34,071 bases of DNA from Candidatus Heimdallarchaeota archaeon (lineage in GTDB: Archaea > Asgardarchaeota > Heimdallarchaeia > Heimdallarchaeales > Heimdallarchaeaceae). The position numbers were made by a program, and so were the translations under genes. Shown here piece after piece: positions 1 to 10,400 of the stretch (the stretch's first letter is position 1; each line of letters begins with the position of its first letter). Location of the stretch: positions 1-34,071 of the forward strand of contig DXJF01000046.1 of assembly GCA_019057375.1 (NCBI GenBank). The letters are read 5' to 3'. The notes beneath the pieces were generated by a model. The model saw only the letters and a program-made list of their open reading frames with translations. It did not search any database and was not told the origin of the DNA.

Positions 1-690
1 GAAGAAATAGAAAATTATTATCCTTTCATAAATACAACTAAAGAAATCTACCTCACAGAGATCTATAATTCTTACACTTGTTCAAATCCATATGAGCTGT
101 TTACTACTTTTCTAAAGTTAGCAGTTGAAAATGATGTTAAAGTAATTAATGATAACTCTGAAATCAAAATCAACGAAGAAGGAGAAATGGTTACTGAAAA
201 CACGCAATATATTGCGAGAGATAATATAGTAACAACTTCCATAAATCAATGTCCTGAAACCTTTTTAAAAAGTAGAAGAATTCTAAAAGTAGTTACTCCA
301 ATTTTCGAAAAATTCCCAAGGATTAGTATATATGACATGTCGACCTCATCTGCAATGTGGTTGGAAGAAGCGGGTTACTTTCATATTTTACAGTTTTTAG
401 GAAGAGAAGATGAGAAAAAGAGCATCAGTAAGGTAAAAAGTGATTTTAGTAAAGTATTTTCTTTAACAGATTCTCTGGAAATTATTGATTCATATCACAC
501 TCAAATCAGTATATGTGATTCAATAAATGATTGGATACAAGTTTCTGCATCAAAAAAGACGTTTCACTTCAATATACCTTTACAGTTTGAGCTATCAGCA
601 GCTCCAATCCTTGCAAAGAGCTTTTCGCAAAAACTAGACAAAAAAGAGCATTTCAAAGAAGGGCCTATATCCATTGAAGAAATCCTTTGA
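1..690 (+). CDS. 5'-truncated CDS; possibly the C-terminal part of a divergent FAD-dependent oxidoreductase (DAO/glycine oxidase-like)
   Basis: Frame 1 is open from base 1 (EEIENYYPF...) to TGA at 688-690, so the listed ATG at 187 is probably internal. 'ELFTTFLKLAVENDVKVI...' and 'RDNIVTTS' weakly recall DAO-family segments. Product uncertain. Confidence 0.4.
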   Translation, partial: EEIENYYPFINTTKEIYLTEIYNSYTCSNPYELFTTFLKLAVENDVKVINDNSEIKINEEGEMVTENTQYIARDNIVTTSINQCPETFLKSRRILKVVTPIFEKFPRISIYDMSTSSAMWLEEAGYFHILQFLGREDEKKSISKVKSDFSKVFSLTDSLEIIDSYHTQISICDSINDWIQVSASKKTFHFNIPLQFELSAAPILAKSFSQKLDKKEHFKEGPISIEEIL

Positions 691-699
691 ATTCTTAAT

Positions 700-3051
700 T
701 TATTGAAAATCCTTGATGAAATTATTATAATCTAGATTTTCATCTTGGCAATACTTTCTAATTGCTCTTATATGTGATTTGAGAATCAAAGGCGTTAACT
801 CTTCAAGTTTATCAGTTTTTTTTGTAGCTTGTAGTAGATTAATTATAATTTCTGAATCAATGCCTTTGCTCTTTTCTATAAAAGTATTTTTTCGTTTTAG
901 AGATGCTTTTTTCAATTCATTTACCAATTGTATTGAACCATCAAGTCCAATATTATTGAGCGCGGTAACACCAGTTTTCATATTACCTTCATTTATCATT
1001 TTAATGAGATCTAACATAATTGAAGTATCCTTTGCTTTTGATAGTAAGATGATAAGTCTAGTCCTTGCTTTTTCATTCTTCTCCCTATTATATCTGGCTT
1101 TAAGGACTGGAATTGCTGATACTCCCATTTTTTCTACAATACGTTGAAGATTTCTAAACCATCTCTCATCCTTTGATTGTAGGTTAGAAAATGTCAGTTC
1201 AAGAACTTTCGAATCCATTTGACCAATAGCATCTACTGTAGCGTTAACCAAATTATTGTTAGGGGAATTAAGATTAACAAATAACTTCTTTGCAATTGGA
1301 GCTCCAATATTTACAGCTGCATAAACAGCCGCATCTCGAACCAATTGTTTTGGTCTTTTCATATTATTGATGATAACATCGATAACTCCAGGATCTTTTA
1401 ACTCTCCTAAAGCACGAGTAGATATTTCAGCAATTATATCATCACTCTTCTTTGCTGCAGTTATTAGAGTTATTAGAGCTCTTTTGTTTTTAATTCTTCT
1501 AAGAGATTCAACTGCTTTTCTTCTAACTTGAATATTTGGATCTGCGAGGAGATCCGACAGAGCTGGAACAGCTTTTGCTCCAAATTGGGGAATTATACTA
1601 CAACCTTTTTCCCTTATTTCATGATCGATTTCCCCCATTGATTTTAAAACTATATTGAATATCTCATCTTCCTTACTTAGTAATTTTTCTGATCGAAGAG
1701 CGAAGGAATACCCAAGATTCTGCAGATCTTCGGTAGGATAGTACAGATATAAGATGATACCTAATTTTACAACTAGAGAAAGGTCGACATCTAACAGACC
1801 ATCTAAGCATAAGTCAATATTATCAGAACCAAAATAGTGTAACACCTCTATAGCATTCTTTCTTAACCTTAAATCTTCTTCAATCAGCTCTTCAATTAAC
1901 ACCCTTATTGATGGTGTTCCTAAAGTCAACAGAGCTTCAGTCACAGCTTCTATAATAGAAGAATTCTTACCTGCTAATTGACTTGTGAGCAATCTTATTG
2001 CGCCTACATAGCCATATTTTTCGCTCATAACAAGAGTTAAACATTGAGCAGCATTTCTTCTAACATTTCTCTTACCTTTATGGAGAGCGGTCATTAAGTG
2101 ATCGTAACTTGATTCGCCAATTCTTTTCATAGTCTCTATTATGAAAGGGATATTTTTATCTTCTTCAAGAGCTGAGATAAGAAATGGTAGAACATTGTCA
2201 CCAAGCAAGGCAAGAGATCTAGCAGCATAGTATGCTAAAGGCTCCCCTTTTTCGAATTGTTCAATTAGAACTTCACAAGCATTATCATTACCTAAATTAC
2301 CTAAAGCCTCGATTATTGCAAGTTTAGTATCAGTTGAATCATTCTTATTTGCAAGTCTTTCTATTAAGACATCACTGTTTTTTGGTTCATCAACCAGCAT
2401 TAATGCCAAAGATCCATATTGAATATTTACTTCACTCTTGTCTTTCAAAATAATATCTCTGATATTCTTGATAATTAGAACTGCTAACTCAGGAAATTTC
2501 GTAACTGTAAGAAGAGTTAACTCAGGGAATATGGTAGTAGATTGCTTTATTCTATAAGATAGAATTTTCTTAATTTCTTTTGTTTGCATAGATATGAAGT
2601 TGTAAGTTATAAATGAATCTTCTAGATTAGAAAAATCCGAATCACAAGTTCTCAAGGTAAGTTCTGTCAGAGTTGACAAGATTGGAACAGCCTTATAGGA
2701 TTCCTGAATTGATTTAAACAACTGATCTGGATTAAAAGGAGAAATAATATCATAAATTAAATCAAAACTAGAATCATTAGTTAAATATTCATAGAGAATT
2801 GGTATGAAATACTTCAGGTTTTTAATAACTACTTGTTTAATATGAGGATGAGGATTTTTAAGATAAAATTCAACAATATTTTTTGTTGGAATAAATTCCG
2901 TACTAAAAATCAATTCTGAGCTCTTTATTCTTACTCTTTCATCATTATCAGCCATCAACTCAACCAATAGGTGAAGTACTTTGAGATTTCCTAGAGGGAT
3001 TTTATCTTGTTGATTACTTTGGAGATAAGAACGTAAAGTATCTATATTCAA
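700..3051 (-). CDS. HEAT/PBS-lyase-type repeat alpha-solenoid protein (783 aa)
   Basis: Repeated HEAT-like units, e.g. 'LADPNIQVRRKAVESLRRI', 'VRRNAAQCL', 'KLAIIEALGNLG', 'LRKNAIEVL', 'VRDAAVYAAVNIG'. The TTG start overlaps the GTPase TGA stop (TTGA, 3048-3051). Confidence 0.85.
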   Translation of the reverse strand: MNIDTLRSYLQSNQQDKIPLGNLKVLHLLVELMADNDERVRIKSSELIFSTEFIPTKNIVEFYLKNPHPHIKQVVIKNLKYFIPILYEYLTNDSSFDLIYDIISPFNPDQLFKSIQESYKAVPILSTLTELTLRTCDSDFSNLEDSFITYNFISMQTKEIKKILSYRIKQSTTIFPELTLLTVTKFPELAVLIIKNIRDIILKDKSEVNIQYGSLALMLVDEPKNSDVLIERLANKNDSTDTKLAIIEALGNLGNDNACEVLIEQFEKGEPLAYYAARSLALLGDNVLPFLISALEEDKNIPFIIETMKRIGESSYDHLMTALHKGKRNVRRNAAQCLTLVMSEKYGYVGAIRLLTSQLAGKNSSIIEAVTEALLTLGTPSIRVLIEELIEEDLRLRKNAIEVLHYFGSDNIDLCLDGLLDVDLSLVVKLGIILYLYYPTEDLQNLGYSFALRSEKLLSKEDEIFNIVLKSMGEIDHEIREKGCSIIPQFGAKAVPALSDLLADPNIQVRRKAVESLRRIKNKRALITLITAAKKSDDIIAEISTRALGELKDPGVIDVIINNMKRPKQLVRDAAVYAAVNIGAPIAKKLFVNLNSPNNNLVNATVDAIGQMDSKVLELTFSNLQSKDERWFRNLQRIVEKMGVSAIPVLKARYNREKNEKARTRLIILLSKAKDTSIMLDLIKMINEGNMKTGVTALNNIGLDGSIQLVNELKKASLKRKNTFIEKSKGIDSEIIINLLQATKKTDKLEELTPLILKSHIRAIRKYCQDENLDYNNFIKDFQ

Positions 3052-3647
3052 GTACCTTTCCTCCTCATATCCTTCCTAAACTGAATAAAGTCAATAATTT
3101 TGGATCCTAGGTTTTCAAAAGCGTTACTGACATTTTCATCAGTTTTAGCTGATGTTTCAAAGTATTCCACTTTAAAACCTCTCTCTTTGTATTTCTTGTT
3201 CAAAGTTTGAATATAAGTTGAAACTTTTGCTCTAATTTTCTCACGCGTGGCTGGTGATATTAAATCCATTTTGTTTCCTAAAATAGAGAATGGAACAATT
3301 CCTCTATCGGTTCCTGTTTCTAATTCTGCAATCCATTGATCCAGCTTCTTTAAAGTGGTCAATTTCTTCGCATCAAACACCATCAAAGCCCCCAAAGCAC
3401 CTTTGTAATACATCATACGAAGGTTCTCAAAGATTTTTTGTCCCGCAATATCCCAAATTTGGAAAAGTACGGAATAATCTTGAACTTTTTTTGGTAATGA
3501 GGCAAAGTCAGCACCAATAGTTTGGAGATGTTCTGTGATGAAACCTTCACCTAGATATGAACGGCGTAAACTTGTCTTCCCAACCCCAGCTTCACCGGCA
3601 AGTATAATCTTCAGATATAATTTTTGTCCATAGCTCAAAATATTCAC
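3048..3647 (-). CDS. Rab-like small GTPase (Ras superfamily), 199 aa
   Basis: All G motifs present: G1 GEAGVGKTS, G2 TIGADF, G3 WDIAGQ, G4 NKMD, G5 TSAK, plus the Rab-like YYKGA. GTG start. The protein contains no Cys. Confidence 0.95.
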   Translation of the reverse strand: MNILSYGQKLYLKIILAGEAGVGKTSLRRSYLGEGFITEHLQTIGADFASLPKKVQDYSVLFQIWDIAGQKIFENLRMMYYKGALGALMVFDAKKLTTLKKLDQWIAELETGTDRGIVPFSILGNKMDLISPATREKIRAKVSTYIQTLNKKYKERGFKVEYFETSAKTDENVSNAFENLGSKIIDFIQFRKDMRRKGT

Positions 3648-3677
3648 TTCTTCTAGTCTGGAAACAGTTTGTACATT

Positions 3678-5408
3678 TCAGTGTTCTATATGAGATAATA
3701 AATTACCCAATTTAAAGATTTTAGGAAGTACTAGCGTGAGAGTATTAAGAACAAAAATTGATCCAAAGAACACACTAGAAAGCAATAGAAAAGGATTACT
3801 GAGGATAATACCGTTACTTGAAACGAAAATCCAACCTAGTATAAGTTCTGTTACTATATTAATGAAAATAGCTGTGTGAATTCCAAATTTACAAAAAGCA
3901 TATCCGCAGATTAATCCAACAACAATGGTGTAAATCATTTTCCATAGATTCCAGCCATATGTAGGTTGGACATATGCATAAGCAATAGAAGAGAAAATCA
4001 TTAATATTCCAGTTAGTTTATCTATTTTTCCCCACCCCCCTGTCAAATAGAAAAGAACATTTCCAGGTTGCCTGCTTTTGAAATATCGTGCAAGGATAGA
4101 AGTTTCATCAACATTCTCAGATTTCGCTCTTGAACGATATTCAAACAATTTTTGGATAAGATAGACAAGACCTCTAATCAGAAAAAGAGGTAATCCAAAG
4201 AGAAGTAATCTGAACGTGATTTCTTCCCCAAAACCCTCCCAAAATGACTGTGTTAGATGAACGAAACTAGAATAGTCCCTAACATCTGACAATAATGGTC
4301 CTAGAGCACCTGTATTTTGAAAAATACTAATGAAAAACAAAGTAGAAAGAACACTTAGTAATATTAATTTCATGACTAATACGGAGTTGCCGTTAGTTAT
4401 TCTAGAAAACACTAAATCATATCTTTTTGGTGTTTTAGATTTAATAAGATGTGATGGTATAAAATCAAGTGTTTTAATTTCAGGATTAAGTATTTGAGAA
4501 GCTATATCTTTTTGGGTTTTCTCTGGCTTCTTTTTAGTAAACTTCTCAAGAGCAGTTTGATTATTCTCTTCAATATTTCTCTTTTTCAGGAGAAGAATAG
4601 AGAAAGTTAAACAAATAAAAAGAATTGACAAAATAGCTTGAGTAAGTTTCCAATCAAAAACAATATTTGAAGGCAATGATGTCTTCTTGAAAAACTCTTG
4701 AGCTAAACCATTTATTGGATCAAAATGATACCAAAAATTTGGGTAAAAGAAATCTAAACTTGCATCAACAGCTGAAGCTTTAATTGATGGATAAAGAAAG
4801 ATAATAATTAGATTCCCAACCACTATTCCCCCAGCTATTCCAATCGCTAGAAAATTATTGAATTTTCTTATATTTTGCTTTAGTTGTTTTGGAAACAAGC
4901 CTAAACCATATCTATCATTTTTAACTTCTGTAGGGGTTTTCCTAAACAATTTGCAGATCTTTTTCTCAATTTTAGGAAATAGAAAAACTCCCAATATTGT
5001 ACTGATTGCAATCAGTTGTAAATTCTCTATAAATATAGACGAAATTCGAATAAAGATATGCAATTCGGGAAGATTCAGAAAGGACACAATAATTGAATAG
5101 ATTAGTAGAATAAGAAAAATTGGTAAAAAAACCATTAAAATATGATTAAGAGATTTGTCTTCAGATTCCAGATTCTTTTTGATGAACCATCTTCTTAGGA
5201 ACCAACCATATAAGAAAAAAAGTATTATTATACCTATTGAGAGAAAAATTGAATTTTTAACATTAACTCCATAAAGGTGAGAATCTGTATTTATTTCATT
5301 CTTAGGTAAATACAAATCAAAAACTAAACGAATAATGGAAAAAGAAAACACACTAATAGAAATAAGCAAAGAATCTAGAAGAAAACGTCTTTTCTGCATT
5401 TCAATCAA
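3678..5408 (-). CDS. Multi-pass membrane protein with a C-terminal CPBP (Abi/CAAX protease, Rce1-like) domain, apparently degenerate
   Basis: Many hydrophobic segments. 'EGFGEEITFRLLLFG' matches the CPBP EExxxR motif. The expected FxxxH and HxxxN positions read 'SSIAYAYVQ' and 'AIFINIVTE'. Confidence 0.65.
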   Translation of the reverse strand: MIEMQKRRFLLDSLLISISVFSFSIIRLVFDLYLPKNEINTDSHLYGVNVKNSIFLSIGIIILFFLYGWFLRRWFIKKNLESEDKSLNHILMVFLPIFLILLIYSIIVSFLNLPELHIFIRISSIFIENLQLIAISTILGVFLFPKIEKKICKLFRKTPTEVKNDRYGLGLFPKQLKQNIRKFNNFLAIGIAGGIVVGNLIIIFLYPSIKASAVDASLDFFYPNFWYHFDPINGLAQEFFKKTSLPSNIVFDWKLTQAILSILFICLTFSILLLKKRNIEENNQTALEKFTKKKPEKTQKDIASQILNPEIKTLDFIPSHLIKSKTPKRYDLVFSRITNGNSVLVMKLILLSVLSTLFFISIFQNTGALGPLLSDVRDYSSFVHLTQSFWEGFGEEITFRLLLFGLPLFLIRGLVYLIQKLFEYRSRAKSENVDETSILARYFKSRQPGNVLFYLTGGWGKIDKLTGILMIFSSIAYAYVQPTYGWNLWKMIYTIVVGLICGYAFCKFGIHTAIFINIVTELILGWIFVSSNGIILSNPFLLLSSVFFGSIFVLNTLTLVLPKIFKLGNLLSHIEH

Positions 5409-5557
5409 CTCGTATAGAGCTTTTCTTGTGAAACAGAGGTCTAGGTATTTATATATTTTTATGCTTCAAAAAATAGGAAAAATTTAAAAGTGTGTTCAAG
5501 CCATTTTTATCACTTACTCACAAGCGTAAATATGACAACTGGTTACAGGTGAACAAA

Positions 5558-5935
5558 ATGAGTGAAAAAGAAACAATTGAAAAAGAAGAACCAAAGAAGA
5601 AAACTCCTACTAAGAAAACTCCTGTCAAGAAAGCTACCGCAAAGAAACCTGAGAAACAACAAAGCCAAATAATCTACATCGGCAAGAAAAACACTATAAG
5701 TTATGTCTTAGTTGCAGTTACAATACTCAACAAGAGTGATACGTGTTCAATTCAGGCTCGTGGAAGACAGATCTCAAAGGCAGTAGATATTGCAGAAATT
5801 ACTAGAAGAAAGTTCTTACAGGACATGATAGAAATAGATGAGGTTAAAATCGGTTCTGAAGATATACAATCTGATGAAGAAGGCATACCACCTAAAACAG
5901 TCTCAACAATAGATATAATATTGAAGAAGAAATGA
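5558..5935 (+). CDS. albA: DNA/RNA-binding chromatin protein Alba with a Lys/Pro-rich N-terminal extension
   Basis: Alba motifs 'IYIGKK..SYV', 'IQARGRQISKAVDIAEI', 'VKIGSE', 'VSTIDIIL'. ATG 5558 is preferred over GTG 5492 because AGGTGA (RBS-like) lies at 5547-5552. Confidence 0.92.
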   Translation: MSEKETIEKEEPKKKTPTKKTPVKKATAKKPEKQQSQIIYIGKKNTISYVLVAVTILNKSDTCSIQARGRQISKAVDIAEITRRKFLQDMIEIDEVKIGSEDIQSDEEGIPPKTVSTIDIILKKK

Positions 5936-6018
5936 ACTTCATCAACACAACTTGAGTAAAATCCTTTCTCATATTTTTTCCTTATATTGAATATTAGGTT
6001 TTCTATCTCCTTATCGGT

Positions 6019-7428
6019 TTAGATAAAATCTCCTGTTTCTATTTTTTGAGGTAAATAGAAATTTGTAATATATTGAGGATCTCTTGCATTTAAGGCTTGT
6101 ATTTCAGCTTTGTAACCACTAGCAAGTAATATTTGCAATTGTTCTTCCCATCTTGGCTTTCGTTTTACAAACTCTTCTTCTAACATTAATTTAGATCTGT
6201 GAATGTCTTTAGATGTTAGCTTAAGTAAAGCACTTCGGGGAATGTCAAATCCACTTTCTTGAGATAAATCACTTGGAAGTAATCCCAACCATTTGATGTT
6301 AGGAACAGCTAAATGGCTAGATTCAAAACTTAACGCTTTACTACCAACACTATAAACTCTCATAATCTCAAAACCGTAAGGATCAGCATCCATTATTGCG
6401 AATATGGGGATGTTCAAATCATCATTTATCTTCTTAAGGAACTGTCTTGTAGCTATATCAGGTTGGCCTTTAGCAGTTATCAAAATACTTGGAACATAAT
6501 CGTAGAAGTGATCTTCAGCTAAACGATTGAAAACAGCATCTTTCTCTATAACTAAACACATTTCTGCATCAGTATCAAAATCGTCTATATCATCAATATT
6601 GGGAGAGATAGCTTTCCCAGCACCAATTGCTCTGCAGTCGATTAAATCTCCTTTTTCCTTGAAGCTAATTCTTCCTACAACTATTCCTTTGGAGGATGCA
6701 CTCACATTAAGAGAAGATCTAGTTACCTGAAGCATTGCTCCAAGATCTTCAACTAAGGAATCTGAAACGGATTGCTTTTCAAAGGAATTAACATCCATAT
6801 AGAAAATATCTCTTTTTGTACTGTGTATGTCTCTCGAAAGAATATTATGAATTATTTTCATAATTATGGTCATTTGTTCAACTGAACTGACAGAAGAAAG
6901 GCTTCTAAATTGTCGTTCAATCAACTGTCTGCCGATTAACACAAGTTCTTGTTCTTCATCAAAACCCACATTTGATCCACTTCTAGAAGGAATGTAAAAC
7001 GACGCGTCAGAGGGAACAGCAATAGCTTGTTTTAGAAAATCTAAAGCATATTCAACAAGTAAATTATTTGTATCTTGAGATGATTTTGTTTCTACATGAG
7101 TTACACCATAAGGCATGAAATATTCCTTCCTTTCTAGAAGATCTTGCTTTAAAGCTTGAACTTTTTCCAAAGTAACAGTTCTTTTAACACTCACACTCAT
7201 TGTAGTTTTTTCTAAAGGATATCTAGATAATTTTTTGGTTGGTTCAAGCAGATACCACTTTCTACCACTTCGCAGAAACAGAACGAAAGATCCTCTCTTT
7301 AAATCAAAAGTATCTCTCGCCCATCCATACATTTCTCTTGTAACTATTTCTTTACCAAAATTTACTGCACGCTCTGTTGCAGGCAAAACTGTTGAATTTG
7401 AAAAAATAAACTTGCTCATATCTGTCAT
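6019..7428 (-). CDS. top6A: DNA topoisomerase VI subunit A (Spo11 family), 469 aa, with N-terminal extension
   Basis: Catalytic Tyr motif 'STKRDIFY', Toprim 'VIEKDAVF' and 'MDADPYG', plus 'LITAKGQPD' and 'KAEIQAL'. The ATG overlaps the top6B TGA (ATGA, 7425-7428). Confidence 0.95.
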   Translation of the reverse strand: MTDMSKFIFSNSTVLPATERAVNFGKEIVTREMYGWARDTFDLKRGSFVLFLRSGRKWYLLEPTKKLSRYPLEKTTMSVSVKRTVTLEKVQALKQDLLERKEYFMPYGVTHVETKSSQDTNNLLVEYALDFLKQAIAVPSDASFYIPSRSGSNVGFDEEQELVLIGRQLIERQFRSLSSVSSVEQMTIIMKIIHNILSRDIHSTKRDIFYMDVNSFEKQSVSDSLVEDLGAMLQVTRSSLNVSASSKGIVVGRISFKEKGDLIDCRAIGAGKAISPNIDDIDDFDTDAEMCLVIEKDAVFNRLAEDHFYDYVPSILITAKGQPDIATRQFLKKINDDLNIPIFAIMDADPYGFEIMRVYSVGSKALSFESSHLAVPNIKWLGLLPSDLSQESGFDIPRSALLKLTSKDIHRSKLMLEEEFVKRKPRWEEQLQILLASGYKAEIQALNARDPQYITNFYLPQKIETGDFI

Positions 7429-10400
7429 TTATCTCCACCCTTTGAATTAGTTGATGATGTTTTATTCGTCTTTGAAGATGTTTTCTTCTGCCCAGGTCTA
7501 GCAGCTAAATCTAATAAAGTAGTTTGTTTTGTTGAAGCCTTAGTTGGTACTTTCTTAGGTGTCATTTTTGTAGCTTGGGGTTTCATAGTAGTAGTTTTGG
7601 AAATCGGTTTTACAACTGGTTTGGCTGTTGCAGGTTTCTTAACAGGTTTCTTAATAGGTTTCTTAATAGGTTTCTTAATAGGTTTTTTAGCAGGTGGTTT
7701 GGTAGCAATCTTAGCTTTTGTTATTTTTATTTTCTTCAAGGGCAGTTTACTTTTGATTCTCTTAATAGCAACATAACTAAGGTTTGTCTTTCCATCAAGT
7801 GTTGATGATGGGTATACTGCAAATTCCCTAAATGTTGTTATGCCTAATTGTTTAATCTGTTTAACAATTTCAGTATCTACATCGATTTCGTCGATTTTCT
7901 TATTCAGATGTTTCTTTAAATCAGATACTTGTTGTAATTTCAAAACAGTTGATTTCTTTTTGTCTTCTGAAGGAAACATTATTTCTTGGAGTGATACAAA
8001 GCCTGAATTCCGTAATGATACTACAGATGATCCTTCTAAATAGGGCAATGTTTCTTTTACAAGAATTTGATCTTTTTGTGCTAATTTAATTGATTGGTCT
8101 GTTAATGTTGATAGATAACTTTTAACCTGTCTATCGGTAATCTTGATGATTTTTGCCAAATCTTTTGAATTGTATGCATAGACATCCCACAAGTTGAAAA
8201 TACCTTTCTCATACAATGCAAAAACACTACTAGGATTATCTCTAATCATATCTGTCAAATAGTAGACTGGAGATTCAAGTATTCGATTTATTTTTGTTAA
8301 GATTACACTTCTAATCTTAGATGAAATGGCAAGAATTTCAGCGGATATGTTTAGATGGGAAATTGTAGAATATCCAGTTCTAATTAATTGCTTCTTTGAA
8401 TTTTCATCAATAAAGCTAACTTTCGAAACAGGATATAAATTTGATAAGAGTTGATTAATACTGATGAAATTAAGCTGTTTGATTATAGTTTGCATTAATG
8501 TTTGTTGTTTTTCAGTTAAATTGGATTTTATTTGTTTGTTGATATCAGCAGGTAAAACTAGGTCTAATACTTGATGAATATTCAAATCTCTTAGCTTCTT
8601 AAGTAGAGTTTGATCAAGTGTAAATATTGATAATGGAGCCCTCAAAACTGAAAGAATCTGTTCGAACTCCTGTTCCAAATCTTGGGCAGATGTTATTTTA
8701 ACATGATTAATGAGGGGTCCAAAAGTTCTAATTTTCTTCCTTTTTAGAAACTGCAAGTATTCAGTCGTTCTAAAAAAGCTGCTAAACCTGCTTTGTTCAT
8801 TACTCACCGATTGAGTTATCTTATCAAATTTCAGCACGTATAAAATATCTGAACATAACGCTCTAGATTCTGCTTTTTGAGTAGTTTTACAGAAGGTTAG
8901 AAGATCATACACATTACTCAGTTTCAGTCTAATTACTTCATCTGATTTTCTTTTATCCTGTATTATACTTGGAAGTGCTGTTAAGTCAGTTTCCATAATT
9001 TTACTTATTTTATTGCAAATAATCAGAACCTTAGAATCACCCTTCTTACTCTGTTCAAGAAAGACTAAAGCTTCTTCTATTGATTTGATATTACTTTTAT
9101 TTAGTGTATTCACTTCATTTGTTGAAAGAAGGGAAGATGGAAACGATGTAAGATTCCGCGATAATTCTTGGAATGAAACTAAAGAGAGGTTTCGGACATT
9201 ACGTTGCACATTTTTGTCAGAAATCTGATTATATAGTTGTTTTAGGGACAACAATAGAAGCTGACTTATCTTCTTGTATTTGGTAGTGGATATTTGATGA
9301 ATAGTATCAGCGGTTAGTTTGGTTAATATTACAGGAGAACGATTTAGAAACGAGAAAAGTGATTCAATTGTTGGTTTTATTTTGTCATGTAATTTACGCC
9401 AAATTTCATCAAACATTTGAATATTATATTTTTCAAGAAGAAGTAAATATTCAATTGACATTTCTGGACAATGAGATTTCTTAGCACTAGGGTCAATGTT
9501 CAGAATTGTGCATAATTGTGTCCCTTTGGAGAAGAAGAAATCTGCCGTTGATTCGATTAATTCTTTCTGTTTTTTAGTTATAGCTAGGTTTTCTGTACTA
9601 TTAATGAGGAAGAGTAAATCAAGTATTGTTAATGATTCATCAAGTTTAGGTTCATATTTCTTGATATCGAATGTTTGAATGAAATCCATTTTTGGTTTAA
9701 TTGTCTTAGGTATAGCTTTGTCAGAGTAGAGGTTTTCAATTAGCTGACCATATGTTTTGTAACCTATATTGTTTAGCTTATCTATTTCCCGTTGTGAAAA
9801 AATTATATTGGATTTCAATGAGGGTTCTCTAATCATGTTCTCAACGTTGAATGAACTCCTTATCTTAGGAATATCACTTTGAGGAATTGAAAGGAAAGAT
9901 GAAAGATCCTTGTCAGAGAGTTTTAAGAGATCTGTTACAGTATCATTCGATGAGTTGAGTTTCTTCCAAACTTTAAGAGATATTCTAGGGACCATAATTA
10001 GTTTTACAGGTGTTGTAAGTGTCCTCTGAACCTTATTGATTAAAGTTCTAGAAACTTCAAAATCTTCTGATTCAATTGCATATAGAATTTCGTCTACAGT
10101 TTGATAATAAGCACTAATTTCTTTGATTGTTTCAGCATCAAACACACCTAGAGATGAAACATCAGGACGCTTTCTGATTTGGCTTTTTATTTTACTTAAT
10201 GTCAATGTTGATAGTAATGTGAGAACCTTAGAACCTGTTGATTTAGCCGAAAATTCAATCCAATAAGTTTGAGATTTGACAAGAATATCCATAATTAGGA
10301 AATTGTTATTCTCATTAAGATTCTTAACATCGCTTGCAGTCAATTTCGACAAGGCTGAAAGAGGATGTTTAAGTGTTCTAAGTATTTTCCTGTTAGGTTC

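Noticed and set aside
779-1147. Antisense ORFs within the HEAT, GTPase, CPBP and top6A genes (779..1147, 3290..3520, 4858..5100, 6527..6730, 7235..7450)
   Set aside because: They lie fully opposite well-supported genes and show no recognisable motifs; typical shadow ORFs.
3048-3080. Prenylation motif on the GTPase
   Set aside because: The protein contains no cysteine.
5492-5557. Longer Alba start at GTG 5492
   Set aside because: The extension looks non-coding, and ATG 5558 has an RBS-like AGGTGA.
7575-7805. ORF with RFLN repeats
   Set aside because: It is the antisense reading of the KKPI 12-bp repeat in the top6B tail.
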